DNA from: an uncultured delta proteobacterium
Lineage (GTDB): Bacteria; Desulfobacterota; Desulfobacteria; Desulfobacterales; JAHEIW01
DNA: 33,001 nt
Direction: 5' to 3'
Assembly (NCBI GenBank): GCA_963706575.1
Contig: CAVPNL010000021.1
Coordinates: forward strand, 1 to 33,001
Made by a program: the position numbers and the translations under genes. Of the stretch, positions 18,119 to 28,800 are shown one piece after another. The notes under the pieces are model-generated. The model made no database searches. It saw only the letters and a list, made by a program, of their open reading frames with translations, and was not told where the DNA came from. The number at the start of each line of letters is the position of its first letter. Position 1 is the stretch's first letter.

Positions 18119-18970
18119 ATGGGCAATAAGCAAATTACGATTTTAGACATCCAGCAGGCCAAGGCCGAGGGCCGTAAATTGGTGATGGTCACCGCTTATG
18201 ATTACCCGTTCGGTTTGCTGGCTGATCAGGCTGAAGTCGACATGGTACTGGTGGGAGACTCGCTGGGTATGGTCGTTATGGGCCTCGACGGTACCGTTGA
18301 AGTCACCATGGAAGACATGATCCACCATATCAAGGCGGTTATGCGCGGCTGCAAAGGCCCGCTGGTTATCGGTGACATGCCCTTTATGAGCTACAACACC
18401 TCAATCCGGGAGGCGATCCACAATGCCGGTCGGCTGATGAAAGCAGGCGGTTGTGATGCCATCAAACTTGAAGGCGGCCTTGATTTCGCTCCCACCATCG
18501 CGGCAATCGTAAAAGCCGGCATACCGGTACAGGGCCACATCGGCCTCACCCCCCAGACCGCCAGCGCGCTGGGGGGCTTCAAAATGCAGGGCAAAGATGC
18601 GGTGGCAGCCAAACAAATTATTGATGACGCCAGAAGTCTGCAAAGCGCCGGCGTGTTTTCAATTGTTTTAGAAGCGGTTCCAGCCCCCCTGGGCAAACTG
18701 GTCTCAGAGGCGGTTGAGGTTCCGATCATCGGCATCGGCGCCGGCCCGGATGTGGATGGCCAGGTACTGGTCACCCATGACATGCTCGGGCTGTTTGATA
18801 AATTTGTGCCCAAGTTCGTTAAGCAATTCACTCAAATTCGAACCATTATCCTTGACGCCATGAAGGCATATAAAAAGGAAGTGCAGGAGGTGACTTTTCC
18901 GGGGCCGGAGCATTCGTTTAAAATGCCCGAAGAGACGCTTGCTCAACTTAAAGAGATGATAGAAGATTAA
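18119..18970 (+). CDS. panB: 3-methyl-2-oxobutanoate hydroxymethyltransferase
   Basis: MVTAYD, LVGDSLGM, DMPFMSY, KLEGG, GHIGLTPQ, IGIGAG, DGQVLV. Confidence 0.97.
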   Translation: MGNKQITILDIQQAKAEGRKLVMVTAYDYPFGLLADQAEVDMVLVGDSLGMVVMGLDGTVEVTMEDMIHHIKAVMRGCKGPLVIGDMPFMSYNTSIREAIHNAGRLMKAGGCDAIKLEGGLDFAPTIAAIVKAGIPVQGHIGLTPQTASALGGFKMQGKDAVAAKQIIDDARSLQSAGVFSIVLEAVPAPLGKLVSEAVEVPIIGIGAGPDVDGQVLVTHDMLGLFDKFVPKFVKQFTQIRTIILDAMKAYKKEVQEVTFPGPEHSFKMPEETLAQLKEMIED

Positions 18971-19011
18971 ATAAAAGGTGTCAGTGTTCAGTTGTCAGGC
19001 GTAGCATCTGT

Positions 19012-19111
19012 TTAATTGGTTTAATTTGTTCAATTGGTTCGGGTTAATCCAACCAATTCAACCAATGAAACTAATAAAACTAATCCAACAGGTGCTTGAA
19101 CCCCTTAAACC
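19012..19111. repeat. 9-mer tandem palindrome downstream of panB, inverted copy of the upstream element
   Basis: 19055-19084 is the exact reverse complement of 17972-18001. Confidence 0.8.
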
Positions 19112-19122
19112 TTATTGGAAAT

Positions 19123-22113
19123 TCAGATCTGATAAAGCTTGAGGGGCTTATCAGCCAGCACCTGATTGGCTTCTTTTAGTTTTTTTTCATTGGAAATGAC
19201 GGCAACCGCCCGCTGCTCAGCCTGGATGTTAAAATATTTTGTTGCCGCCTGTCTGACGTCGTCGCGGTTCAGAGACAGCAATCGGGTTTTAAACTGGCTG
19301 CGAATTTCATCCGAAAGCGAAACAATCTTGCGGTAAAATGCCTTGCGCGCGGCCGGGCCGGGCGGATCCGGTTTGTCAATTTCGGAACACACCTGCAATA
19401 TCGCTTCCTTAACATCTTCCTCGGAATAGTTGCCGGAACGCGCAAATTCCGCTGCAGCGGTATACACGTTCAATGTGGCGACAATGTGAGGATCCCTGTA
19501 AGACCCAAAACAAAATAGCCCATCTTCGGGGCTGTAAATCGCAAACCCCCCGTAGGCGCCGCCTTTTTCACGAATTTCACGATGCAGATACATCGACCGC
19601 AGAATTTTGCTGATTACCGCCAGAGCCGGGGCGTCTGCGTGGGTCATGCGGACGGTTTCAAACGCAAGGGCCACAAACGATACCGCCGTAGACGTGCTCC
19701 AGCCCTCTCGCAGGATTTCATCATCCATTCGGATTTGGGGCGGGCCGAATCCATCGGATTGATTATCTGCGAGCTGTTCGAAAATTGCGCCAGCCGAGGT
19801 GCGGGCTTGCGGCAGTGCTTCTTCCTCGCCGACGAGCGCCATCTGAAAATTGTTGCGTGCAAAAAGATGAGTGCCAATGGTGCTGAGGTCTTTGGATAAA
19901 GCAGTCATTTTTTTGTCGGTGAGTTTATCGGTTATGCGCTTGATCGTTTTCAATTGATGGATACCGCTCCAGGATTCACTCAGGGCACGGGCGGGTGAAA
20001 AATTTCTGGAAGCGGCCGAGATGGCCAAGCGGTGGCCGTTGTGCACGATCATGGATTGAAGACCTGCACGATATTCATTCAGCAGATTTTTTAAGCGCGG
20101 ATGGTCGCCGAAGTCAAAGTGGGCGATCAGTTCCTGAATAATTTCAAACATTCTCTCCTGATTGCGGACCAGACATTTGCCGCCAAAGGAAATGAAGGGC
20201 AAACAGCTCCCGCCGTCATCATATCGGGTGCGGGCGTGTGTTGCCAAACCGATGCCGCCGGTGTAAGCATCGATCCGCCGCGCCATCTCGGTATAATCAT
20301 GTATCGAAGTCCCTGAACGCGTCACGGCATAACAAAAAAACGGGGCCAGGGAAATCAGTTCCCGGGGAAGAACGCCGGTGCCGGCTGAAGCCGCGAAATA
20401 AAAAATCCCGGAAGTCGGCTGACTGTACAATGTGGCGGATGACTTGCGGTCATATTCTGTTTCTCTGACAATCGGCACGGAGGAAGGAATATCTTTTCTT
20501 GCCAGAGTGGGCAGACAGGATACATCATCCGGGGTTTCCTGGCGAAGTTGAAGGGCTTTGGAATTCTGCTGAATTTCTTTGAGTCTGGACAGGGACAGGC
20601 TTTTTTTGATTTTCTCCAATTCAGCCTGCACGCGCCCCGCTTCATTGTGCTCCATTTGCTCATCCGGAACCATGGTGAGCCGGCTCCGATGGGAATTGGT
20701 CAGCAGCCATTTTTTAATCAGGTTTTCAAAAAAAGGCTTCTGTTTCATCGATTCGCGCAGCTTTTTTAAATCGTCATCAAAATTTAAAATCCTTACGGGG
20801 TCTCCGCCGTGCAACCAGGGGCCGGCAAAGGCCATCAACAGTTTAATCCCATATGGATACGGCGTGTTGGTTATCTCCTTGCGGTGGAATTCGATCTGGT
20901 GAATGGCAGACTCAATCAATTGTTTGTCAATGCCCTTATCGACAAGATCGCTCAGCGTTTCAAATATAAGGGTCTCGATTTTCTCAGCAGCGCCTTTTTC
21001 AACATCCTTTAATCCGAAGACAAATAATGTATCACGATTATCGGCATCAAAACCGCAGCCATCACACAGCGCCGAGCCAAGACCTGATTCGATGAGGGCT
21101 TTGCGAAGCGGTGATGCGGAATTTCCCAGCAGAATCTGTTCTAGCAACGTAAGCGCCAGAATATCAAAAGTGTCTCTAATATCCGCGGTAAGCCAGGCGA
21201 CGCAAACCTGACATTTTTTAGATGGATCCTCGTTGGCCTGGAACGGATAAGAGAATACCCCCACCCGGGGCTTGCGCCAGCGGGGCTGTGAGGCAACATC
21301 CGTATCGGGCGTTGTGCGGCTGAATTTATTTAAAACCGTATCTTCGATAACTGCCAGACTTTCTGCCAGGGGCAAATTCCCGTAAGTATAGAAAAACGCG
21401 TTGCTGGGATGATAATGGTGCCGGTGGAATTCTTTTAACTGTTTGTAGCTCAGCGATGGAATTTCGGCCGGATCACCACCGGAATTGTAATGATAGGTAG
21501 TGGAAGGATACAGTTCTTTTTGAATCGTACGAACCATGACCTGGTCCGGTGAAGACATGGCCCCTTTCATTTCATTGTAGACAACCCCTTTATAGCTGAG
21601 CCGGAACCGATCTGGATCATCAACATTGAGATCACCCTCAATTTCCAGACGATGGCCCTCTTGCTTAAAACTCAGTTCTTCTAATTTGGGAAAGAAAGCG
21701 GCGTCCAGATATACGTCCATGAGGTTGAAATAATCCTTTTGATTCTGAGTAGAAAAGGGATACATGGTCCAATCGGAAGCCGTAAAGGCGTTCATGAAGG
21801 TACTCAAACTTCTTTTGAGCATGGAAAAGAAGGGGTCGCGAACCGGATACCGGTTGGAGCCGCACAGTACGGTATGCTCAAGAATATGGGCAACGCCGGT
21901 AGAGTCAAGCGGTACGGTTTTAAAGGCAACACTGAATGTGTTTTCAGCATCTTTATTGCTGATATGAATATGGCGCGCCCCGGTTTTTGAATGCTCGAGT
22001 TCATAAAAAAAAGAACGAATCCCTTCAAGGGGTACGACCCGCTTAACCAAATGATTACGAATATGATCGCCCTCACGAAGGTCTAGCTGGTTGGGATCTT
22101 CAAATTTGCTCAT
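19123..22113 (-). CDS. Insulinase-family (M16C, presequence protease-like) metallopeptidase
   Basis: GVAHILEHTVLCGS (HXXEH), MNAFT, GVVYNEMKG, IREKGGAYG, SYRDP; ATG 22113 behind AAAGGA. Confidence 0.93.
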   Translation of the reverse strand: MSKFEDPNQLDLREGDHIRNHLVKRVVPLEGIRSFFYELEHSKTGARHIHISNKDAENTFSVAFKTVPLDSTGVAHILEHTVLCGSNRYPVRDPFFSMLKRSLSTFMNAFTASDWTMYPFSTQNQKDYFNLMDVYLDAAFFPKLEELSFKQEGHRLEIEGDLNVDDPDRFRLSYKGVVYNEMKGAMSSPDQVMVRTIQKELYPSTTYHYNSGGDPAEIPSLSYKQLKEFHRHHYHPSNAFFYTYGNLPLAESLAVIEDTVLNKFSRTTPDTDVASQPRWRKPRVGVFSYPFQANEDPSKKCQVCVAWLTADIRDTFDILALTLLEQILLGNSASPLRKALIESGLGSALCDGCGFDADNRDTLFVFGLKDVEKGAAEKIETLIFETLSDLVDKGIDKQLIESAIHQIEFHRKEITNTPYPYGIKLLMAFAGPWLHGGDPVRILNFDDDLKKLRESMKQKPFFENLIKKWLLTNSHRSRLTMVPDEQMEHNEAGRVQAELEKIKKSLSLSRLKEIQQNSKALQLRQETPDDVSCLPTLARKDIPSSVPIVRETEYDRKSSATLYSQPTSGIFYFAASAGTGVLPRELISLAPFFCYAVTRSGTSIHDYTEMARRIDAYTGGIGLATHARTRYDDGGSCLPFISFGGKCLVRNQERMFEIIQELIAHFDFGDHPRLKNLLNEYRAGLQSMIVHNGHRLAISAASRNFSPARALSESWSGIHQLKTIKRITDKLTDKKMTALSKDLSTIGTHLFARNNFQMALVGEEEALPQARTSAGAIFEQLADNQSDGFGPPQIRMDDEILREGWSTSTAVSFVALAFETVRMTHADAPALAVISKILRSMYLHREIREKGGAYGGFAIYSPEDGLFCFGSYRDPHIVATLNVYTAAAEFARSGNYSEEDVKEAILQVCSEIDKPDPPGPAARKAFYRKIVSLSDEIRSQFKTRLLSLNRDDVRQAATKYFNIQAEQRAVAVISNEKKLKEANQVLADKPLKLYQI

Positions 22114-22130
22114 AGTCGTTCCTTTAATCC

Positions 22131-22393
22131 TAGAGGCCATCTCAATTCGATGGTAAATTTTACTCCTAAAAAGGTGGCTTCAACAGCAAATGAGCTAAAA
22201 TTAAAAATGATCTAAAATGCCTAAAATTATGGTCTCGCTGCGCTCCATCTTTTATTATAAATATGACAGAATTCCTCAACTTTAGGCATTTTAGCTCATT
22301 TTAGGCATTTTAGGCATTTCTTACTTTAGAGCACCTTTGGAGCTTATTTTCTCGGTACTCTATGATGAGCTGCAATTTTTGAGATAGCTTCCA
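22131..22393. mobile_element. MITE-like long imperfect palindrome
   Basis: Ends TAGAGGCCATCTCAA / TTGAGATAGCTTCCA (12/15 match); inner AAAATGCCT units versus TTTTAGGCA units. Confidence 0.6.
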
Positions 22394-22396
22394 GCT

Positions 22397-22768
22397 TCAT
22401 GAAGCCACATAGATACCGCGGCTTTTGCGCTTAATTTTACCGATTTTATTTAATCGAAAGATGATATTGCGAATTTTTTTATCCCCAAATCCTGTTTTGG
22501 CCTGAATTTCAGCAAAGCCCAACCCTTTAGGGGACCGTTTGATGACATCAAAAACCATATCCACTGCGGTAACGGCGGTTTTGCGTGTTCCCGCCGGTCC
22601 TTTCAGCGGATATCTGCCGCTTGCCGTGGCAGCATGAAGCATGCTTTCCAGCCGATCCAATTTTGCCATCAATCGATCGACATCTTTTTTAGTCGGAATA
22701 TTGTAATTCTGCATAAAAAATTTTACCATGGCATCGAAACTGACGGCTTTTCCTTTTCTTTTTTGCAT
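22397..22768 (-). CDS. Hypothetical protein: N-terminal coiled coil plus C-terminal winged-helix-like domain
   Basis: AAGGAGG RBS before ATG 22768; NIPTKKDVDRLMAKLDRLE; FAEIQAKTGFGDKKIRNIIFRLNKIGKIKRKSRGIY. Confidence 0.8.
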   Translation of the reverse strand: MQKRKGKAVSFDAMVKFFMQNYNIPTKKDVDRLMAKLDRLESMLHAATASGRYPLKGPAGTRKTAVTAVDMVFDVIKRSPKGLGFAEIQAKTGFGDKKIRNIIFRLNKIGKIKRKSRGIYVAS

Positions 22769-22866
22769 GGTGTCCTCCTTGAATGAAGGGGTCAGAATGC
22801 CTTGATCGTTGATAATGCCTAATCGTGGTTGCAAAACCCCGTCTGAGGTTATGAAATTTGATGTAA

Positions 22867-22895
22867 AAGCTAATGATAAAACAAAAAAAAGTCAA
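22867..22895 (-). promoter_or_regulatory. Possible sigma70 promoter for the hypothetical gene
   Basis: TTGACT-17 bp-TAGCTT on the minus strand. Confidence 0.3.
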
Positions 22896-22919
22896 GATAA
22901 TGCCAAACCGATTGATTAA

Positions 22920-23002
22920 ACCACAAAGGCACAAAGCACACAAAGAAAAACATTAGAAGAGATATTTTTTTCACTTCTTTGTGCTCTTGGTGCCTTTGTG
23001 GT
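22920..23002. repeat. Tandem-unit palindrome (CACAAAG / CTTTGTG)
   Basis: ACCACAAAGGCACAAAGCACACAAAG versus CTTTGTGCTCTTGGTGCCTTTGTGGT. Confidence 0.8.
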
Positions 23003-23042
23003 GAAAATTGTTTTGCCTAAAATAAACACGAACCGAACTATT

Positions 23043-23906
23043 ATGACATCTCCCAAAGTATTGCTGAACGCCTGGAATTTACGGCCCAAAAAAAAGCTGG
23101 GTCAACATTTTTTGACTGATCCCTCTACGGCCGAAATGATTGTTCGGCGTTCCCGGATTACATCAAAGGACACGGTTATGGAAATCGGTGCCGGTCTGGG
23201 AGCACTGACGATTCCGGCTGCAAAGATCGCCGGATGTGTTTATGCGGTTGAAACGGATCCCCAATTGGTTCAGTTACTGAAGACCGAATTGCTTGTTCAC
23301 AAACTGACGAATGTTGAAATCATCGAAAAAAATATACTTCGCCTCGATATCCATACACTGGCAAAAAAATTGGATCACCGCTTAATTGTGATGGGGAATC
23401 TGCCCTATAACATCTCTTCACAGGTCCTGGTCCAGCTCATCGAAACCAGAGATCATGTAAACCGGGCAATTTTAATGTTTCAAAAGGAGCTGGCCCGGCG
23501 AATTACGGCCAGCCCCGGTAACAAGGATTACGGAAGATTGACCGTCATGCTGTCGTATTGCGCCGAAATAAAATCCATCGCAGCGATCGCATCTTCTCTT
23601 TTTTATCCGGCACCCAAAATCGACTCCGAAGTCGTGGAGGTCAATTTCAATATTTCACGCGCGTATCCGCCACATGATGAGACCATGCTTTTTCAGGTGA
23701 TCAAGGCGGCATTTGGCAACCGGCGTAAAACGCTTAAAAATGCGCTGTCGGCCAGTGGTCTCCACATTGATCCGCAGTATGCCCAACAGGCATTGGCAGC
23801 AGCAGGCATCGATCCGGGACGGCGTGCTGAAACCCTCGACGCGGCTGAATTCGTGGCCCTTCAAATAAGTTTGGCGCAGGTTATTAATTCTCTAAATGTT
23901 ACTTGA
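23043..23906 (+). CDS. rsmA: 16S rRNA adenine dimethyltransferase KsgA
   Basis: KKLGQHFL, EIGAGLGALT, GNLPYNIS, MFQKE, PAPKIDS, RRKTL, RAETL. Confidence 0.95.
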   Translation: MTSPKVLLNAWNLRPKKKLGQHFLTDPSTAEMIVRRSRITSKDTVMEIGAGLGALTIPAAKIAGCVYAVETDPQLVQLLKTELLVHKLTNVEIIEKNILRLDIHTLAKKLDHRLIVMGNLPYNISSQVLVQLIETRDHVNRAILMFQKELARRITASPGNKDYGRLTVMLSYCAEIKSIAAIASSLFYPAPKIDSEVVEVNFNISRAYPPHDETMLFQVIKAAFGNRRKTLKNALSASGLHIDPQYAQQALAAAGIDPGRRAETLDAAEFVALQISLAQVINSLNVT

Positions 23907-23982
23907 CCCGGTGGCGCAGTAATATTATGTTTTAAAGCGAACAAAAATAGCTTAATCCGTCTATCCTAAAAGGGAGGACCCA

Positions 23983-24279
23983 ATGGCAGTTAAAATATTG
24001 ATTCGGCGAAACGTGCCTGAAGACAAGGCAAGAAAAATGATCCCGCTGTTCCGCAAGATGCGCACGCTTGCAAATGAACAGCCCGGTTATATTACCGGAG
24101 AAACAATGCGAAATCTTGAAAAGCCGGGCGAATTCCTGGTGATCAGCACATGGGAAACATCGGATGACTGGAAACGATGGGTGCAAAGCAGTGATCGCCA
24201 ACAGATTCAAGGCCAGATCGATGCCCTGCTGGGCGGCCAAACAGATTACGAGATCTTTCATTACGGATTTGCGGAATAA
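23983..24279 (+). CDS. Antibiotic biosynthesis monooxygenase (ABM) family protein
   Basis: GGAGG RBS; QPGYITGET, LVISTWET..DW..W pattern. Confidence 0.85.
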   Translation: MAVKILIRRNVPEDKARKMIPLFRKMRTLANEQPGYITGETMRNLEKPGEFLVISTWETSDDWKRWVQSSDRQQIQGQIDALLGGQTDYEIFHYGFAE

Positions 24280-24353
24280 CGGTTCAAACCGTTCACTCTG
24301 TCGGCCCAATGAGTGGCTGTTCAGGTCGTTTAACTCAGAAGCCACAAGATGCC

Positions 24354-24488
24354 GGAGTGATGGAGAAAATAAATTGCGGATTTTAGATTGCGGATTGCAG
24401 ATTGTAATATCAGGCATTCTGCGCAGTTAAATCCGAAATCTGCAATCTGCAATCCGAAATATTATATGCTCCAGCACTCCATTACTCC
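24354..24488. repeat. Nested tandem-unit palindrome, same family as 11341-11479
   Basis: ATTGCGGATTTTAGATTGCGGATTGC shared with 11370-11395; outer GGAGTGATGGAG / CTCCATTACTCC. Confidence 0.8.
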
Positions 24489-24559
24489 TGATTGTAATGG
24501 TTAATCTCCCCAATCGGTCCGCTCGGGTGACTGAAAGGGATATTCTTCAGATAGCCCCC

Positions 24560-25822
24560 CTACATATCCTCTGCAATGGATACCGTACGATCCCCCAGCA
24601 TATTCACATAACTTCCCATTTCATTATCATACCAGCCATAGATAACGGCCTGGGTGACCGGCACCCGGATAATTGACTGATGGAGATTGGCCATAGCTTC
24701 CTTTTCCAGACCTGGTACTTTTTTCAGATCAATCGTGGCCTCTGCCGTCCGAGTGTGGGTTTCGTGCCCTTCAATTGTAGCGGCAACCCGCGGAATGCCG
24801 ATAATATCGCAGGAAACATTCTGTTTGTTCGTAAAGTAAAGGTAGCCATGGGCGTTCTCTGCAGCCGCCTGCTCAAATATGGCATTGATGTCATCCCGGG
24901 TGATAAATGGGCCACTCGGCTCTTCCTGAAGGTTAATCACCAGGATGATCAATGATCCGGTCTGAACCGGGATTCGGACGGATTCAGCAATGAAGGCGAT
25001 TTCTTCCATTTCCGGAATTACCAATCTCAATGTATTGGCGGCGCCGGTGGTGGTTAGAATGATATTGTTCAAAATGCTTCTGTTTTTTCGAAGATCGACT
25101 TTTCCGGTTTTCGGAAGCCGATCCAGCACCTCTTGCGACCCGGTGGCAGCATGAACGGTGGCCATGGATGCCGACATGATCTTTTTAGGACCGAAGGCAT
25201 TAATCAAGGGTTTCACCATATGCGCCAGACAGGTTGTCGTGCAAGAAGCATTTGAAATGACTTTATGACGCCTGGCGTCATAGTCGGTTTCATTAATTCC
25301 CATCACGGTGGTCACCGCATCTTCGGGCACAGCCGTGCCCTTGTCTTTAAACTTAAACGGGGCAGAAACAATTACTTTTTCAGCACCGGCCTCTAAATGA
25401 CCCCTGAGGGCGCCCCCGGTTTGAGTCGGTTCGAGCGTCGGATCCAGAAACTGACCGGTGGTATCGACGACCAGCTGAACGCCCTGATCGCCCCATCCAA
25501 TTTCAGCCGGATTCCGCTGTGATCGCAGAAAGCTCACCTTGACGCCATCAATAACCATCGATCCGTTTTCCTCATCCAGATCGCTGATCACCGGTTCAGC
25601 TGTATGTCCGTGAAGATAACCGTGCAGCCAACCGTAAGTTGAATCCCGTTCAACATAATGGGCAATGTCTTCGAGGCATGATCCCGGCTGTCGTCCGATA
25701 TTGACAATTATTTCATCGAAATATTTGCGTCCGACATGGTGCCAGAGTGTCAGTTTGCCAATCCGGCCAAACCCGTTTACACCCAACCTGTTACCGTCTG
25801 AATGTAACCTGTCTTTGCCCAT
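24560..25822 (-). CDS. gap: Glyceraldehyde-3-phosphate dehydrogenase family protein (long, divergent)
   Basis: GVNGFGRIG, DSTYG, VIVSAP, SNASCTTTCLA, GWYDNE. Confidence 0.88.
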   Translation of the reverse strand: MGKDRLHSDGNRLGVNGFGRIGKLTLWHHVGRKYFDEIIVNIGRQPGSCLEDIAHYVERDSTYGWLHGYLHGHTAEPVISDLDEENGSMVIDGVKVSFLRSQRNPAEIGWGDQGVQLVVDTTGQFLDPTLEPTQTGGALRGHLEAGAEKVIVSAPFKFKDKGTAVPEDAVTTVMGINETDYDARRHKVISNASCTTTCLAHMVKPLINAFGPKKIMSASMATVHAATGSQEVLDRLPKTGKVDLRKNRSILNNIILTTTGAANTLRLVIPEMEEIAFIAESVRIPVQTGSLIILVINLQEEPSGPFITRDDINAIFEQAAAENAHGYLYFTNKQNVSCDIIGIPRVAATIEGHETHTRTAEATIDLKKVPGLEKEAMANLHQSIIRVPVTQAVIYGWYDNEMGSYVNMLGDRTVSIAEDM

Positions 25823-25824
25823 GC

Positions 25825-28800
25825 CTATTTTGCTCCTTTCCTGGTTTCTGTAACTTTGGTCAAACCCTGATAAACCGAACCCTCGTGGCCGTCGATGCTG
25901 ATGTGCTCCCCGGATCTAATTCTTAATTGATTAAATTCGCAATACTTTTCCTTTTCATTGCAATCCAAATTGGTACAGTTCACCACACAGGTTTTTCCCA
26001 GCCGATGCGCAATAACCGCTGCATGAGAGGTGAGCCCGCCCCGGGCGGTCAATAACCCATCGGCGGCATGAATTTCCTGAATATCATCCGGTACGGTGTC
26101 GTTGCGGGCCAGAATCAAATGCGTACCGGGATCCATGAGGCGCCATTCTTCGATCTCTTCAAGGGTAAATACCAGACGACCGCTCATGGCACCGCCACTG
26201 ACGCCGACACCGTGTCCCAGATACAAGGCCTGGGGATCTTCCTCAAAATCGAAGGTCAGCACCGCTTTGCGTTCCCGAATGGCCATATCGCGTGTTTGGA
26301 GCAAATACAAATCATCACGTGAGGGCCCTTCGAAGGTAAACTCAATTTCCTGCGGACTCCACCCCCTTCCATCAATCAGCTCATGAGCCCAATCTTTTAA
26401 GGCCCGATAAATCTCCGGAAAATGGGTCTCCAAGGTGACGTCGGTTTCCCGCATTTCAATTTCTTGCTGGAAAATCGAAATCGGCATGGTACTTACCAAT
26501 CCGGAGACAACATCTTCTCCCTGGTTGCCGATGGTAAAATCCCCCCAGAGTTTAAGGGTATCGCCGGACCACCGAGGGTTGTGCGTAAAGACAACACCGC
26601 TGCCTGACTGCTGGGATATATTGCCATAGACCATAGACTGAACGGTAACGGCCGTGCCCCAGTCCTCTGATATTCCCATAATCCGACGATATGCCATGGC
26701 CCTTGGTGATTCCCAGGAGGTCAGAACCGCCTTGATGGCCAGGTGCAGCTGCTCATAGGGGCTTTCAGCCACCTCGATGCCGGCATCGTGAATCAGGTCT
26801 TTATAGGTCAGCGCAACCTCGCGCATTTGATCTCCGGTAAATTCTTTTTTCAGCGGGATTCCCAGCCGTTGTTTGGACTCACTGATAATCGCATCGAAAT
26901 CATCGCGCTTCAAGCCAAAAGCCATCCCGTAACATTGCAAAAACCGGCGGTAATTGTCCCAGGCAAACCAGGCATTGCCCGTTTGTTTGGCGATGCCTTC
27001 TGTAATTTCTTCATTGTTACCGACGTCCAGCAGGGTATCCATCATCCCGGGCTGGGATATAGCGGAGCCGCTGCGCACCGAAAGCAGTAACGGGTTTTGG
27101 CTGTCACCGAAAACTTTACCGGTGGCTTTTTCCAGTGTCGAAATATTTTGTAAAATTTTTCCCCTAAAATTTTGCTCGGCCGGCGGGTAGCTTTGAATGA
27201 TTTCCCGACAGCGAAACACTTCGGTGGTGATGATAAAACCCGGCGGCACCGGATACCCGAAACTTTTCAGCCGCACCATGTTGAGCCCTTTATTGCCCAG
27301 GTATATGATTCCGGTTAAGCGCGCTAAGGATGAGTCAATCGGCGTTATGGCATTCTGCGGATCATAAAGAAGCAGCCGCTGGAGCTTGTCTTTGGGTAAT
27401 TTGTAGGACTGTTGAAAAAGGGTGCTTAAAATCCGACTTAAGAACAAATCGAGCTGTTGCAGCCCCAGGCTCAGCGCAATGCGGTCGCGGAAAAAGATCT
27501 CCGAAACCCGATGCTGCTGTTTTTCGCTGTCAATGGCTTCCTCACTCGTCAAAAATTTCGGCTGCAGCGCATCGGGCGGCGTCTGGGCTAAAATCCGGGT
27601 CAGGTTCTGCCCATGAATGTTATTAAAATAATCATTGACGATGTTCTTAACGGCCTGGGCAAATCCTTTAAAAATATCCAGGTATTGGGTTAACGTGAAG
27701 CCTTTGACTTCCAGAGAATGGGCCAGGAATTTGAGCTGACGTTCGAATTCCTTCGATGACATGTGCGTCCAGTTTCAATGCCCTGTCAAAAAGCCTCAGC
27801 AAACTGTAAATTTGGTGAAAAGTGGCTTTGGTGATGAGGCTGAGATCAATATTCTCAATCAGCTCCTCAAAATGAACATTGACCAGGAGACTCGATTCGA
27901 AAGGAAGCCCCAGCAGTCAAACTTCATTTCATGATAACTGCCGTACATCGACGGTATATCGATGGTAATATGTCTTTTTTTATAAATATCCTGTCGGATT
28001 TCAAAGAATCCATCCAGACAGAATAACCGCTTGTAGTTTTCCATATACTTCAAGACGGCCGAAAAAGTCGATTATGCAATTCAGGTTCAGCAAACGCGTG
28101 CTCCAAACGGTTCGAATCGGGCAATGCCCCGGTTCTGAGCTGGGCCAGGGAAGCATACCAGCTCAATTAAATCGAAATTATATTTCTCGTTTCAAAATCT
28201 TGTAAAAGACAGCCGCCAGCTCAACGCGCTGAACATCCGAGTCGGGCACACCCTTAATGTTCGCCAGCCATTGTTTGACGTTTTTTTCGCTAACCGCAAG
28301 TAGATCATTCGGATCGCGAATGCCCTCTTTGCATTAAGTTGTGCCATAATTTGAAAAACGCCCGTCGATGTAAGGTCCTTGCGTTCGATCTGATCATAAA
28401 TCACCGGCGGAATTGGGGCCGGGAAAGGCGGGTCTTATCTCGTGTTGCCGAAATAAAGGACCGCCGCCATCAGATCGATGATGCGGTTGCTGCTTTTCCA
28501 CGTGGCTTTGCTTTCTTAAAAAATGGATTAGAATATCGTGGCGCTGGGTGATCTCATCAATGCGCGTGGATATATCCCGCAGCTTGCCCTCGGCACCGAT
28601 ATTGCGTTTGAATGCACCGGAAACAGTCATGTTTCAACTGTTTGGCAAGGTTGAATACGGGACTGATGCCCACTGTTTAAAAATTGGGTAATGTCACGCG
28701 GAGAAAGATCAGATATCCTTGATAAACACACCGTATAGGGACGAGATGAATAGAAATGCCGGGCTGATGGCGGGCGGGTCGACCATTTTGGGTCTAATCG

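Noticed and set aside
23932..24430. ORFs 23932-24417(-) and 24164-24430(+), and likewise 11225-11497(-) and 11399-11761(+)
   Set aside because: They translate repeat elements or overlap real genes
5341..27626. Many short antisense or alternate-frame ORFs inside housekeeping genes
   Set aside because: Fully nested in well-supported CDSs, with no motifs or RBS
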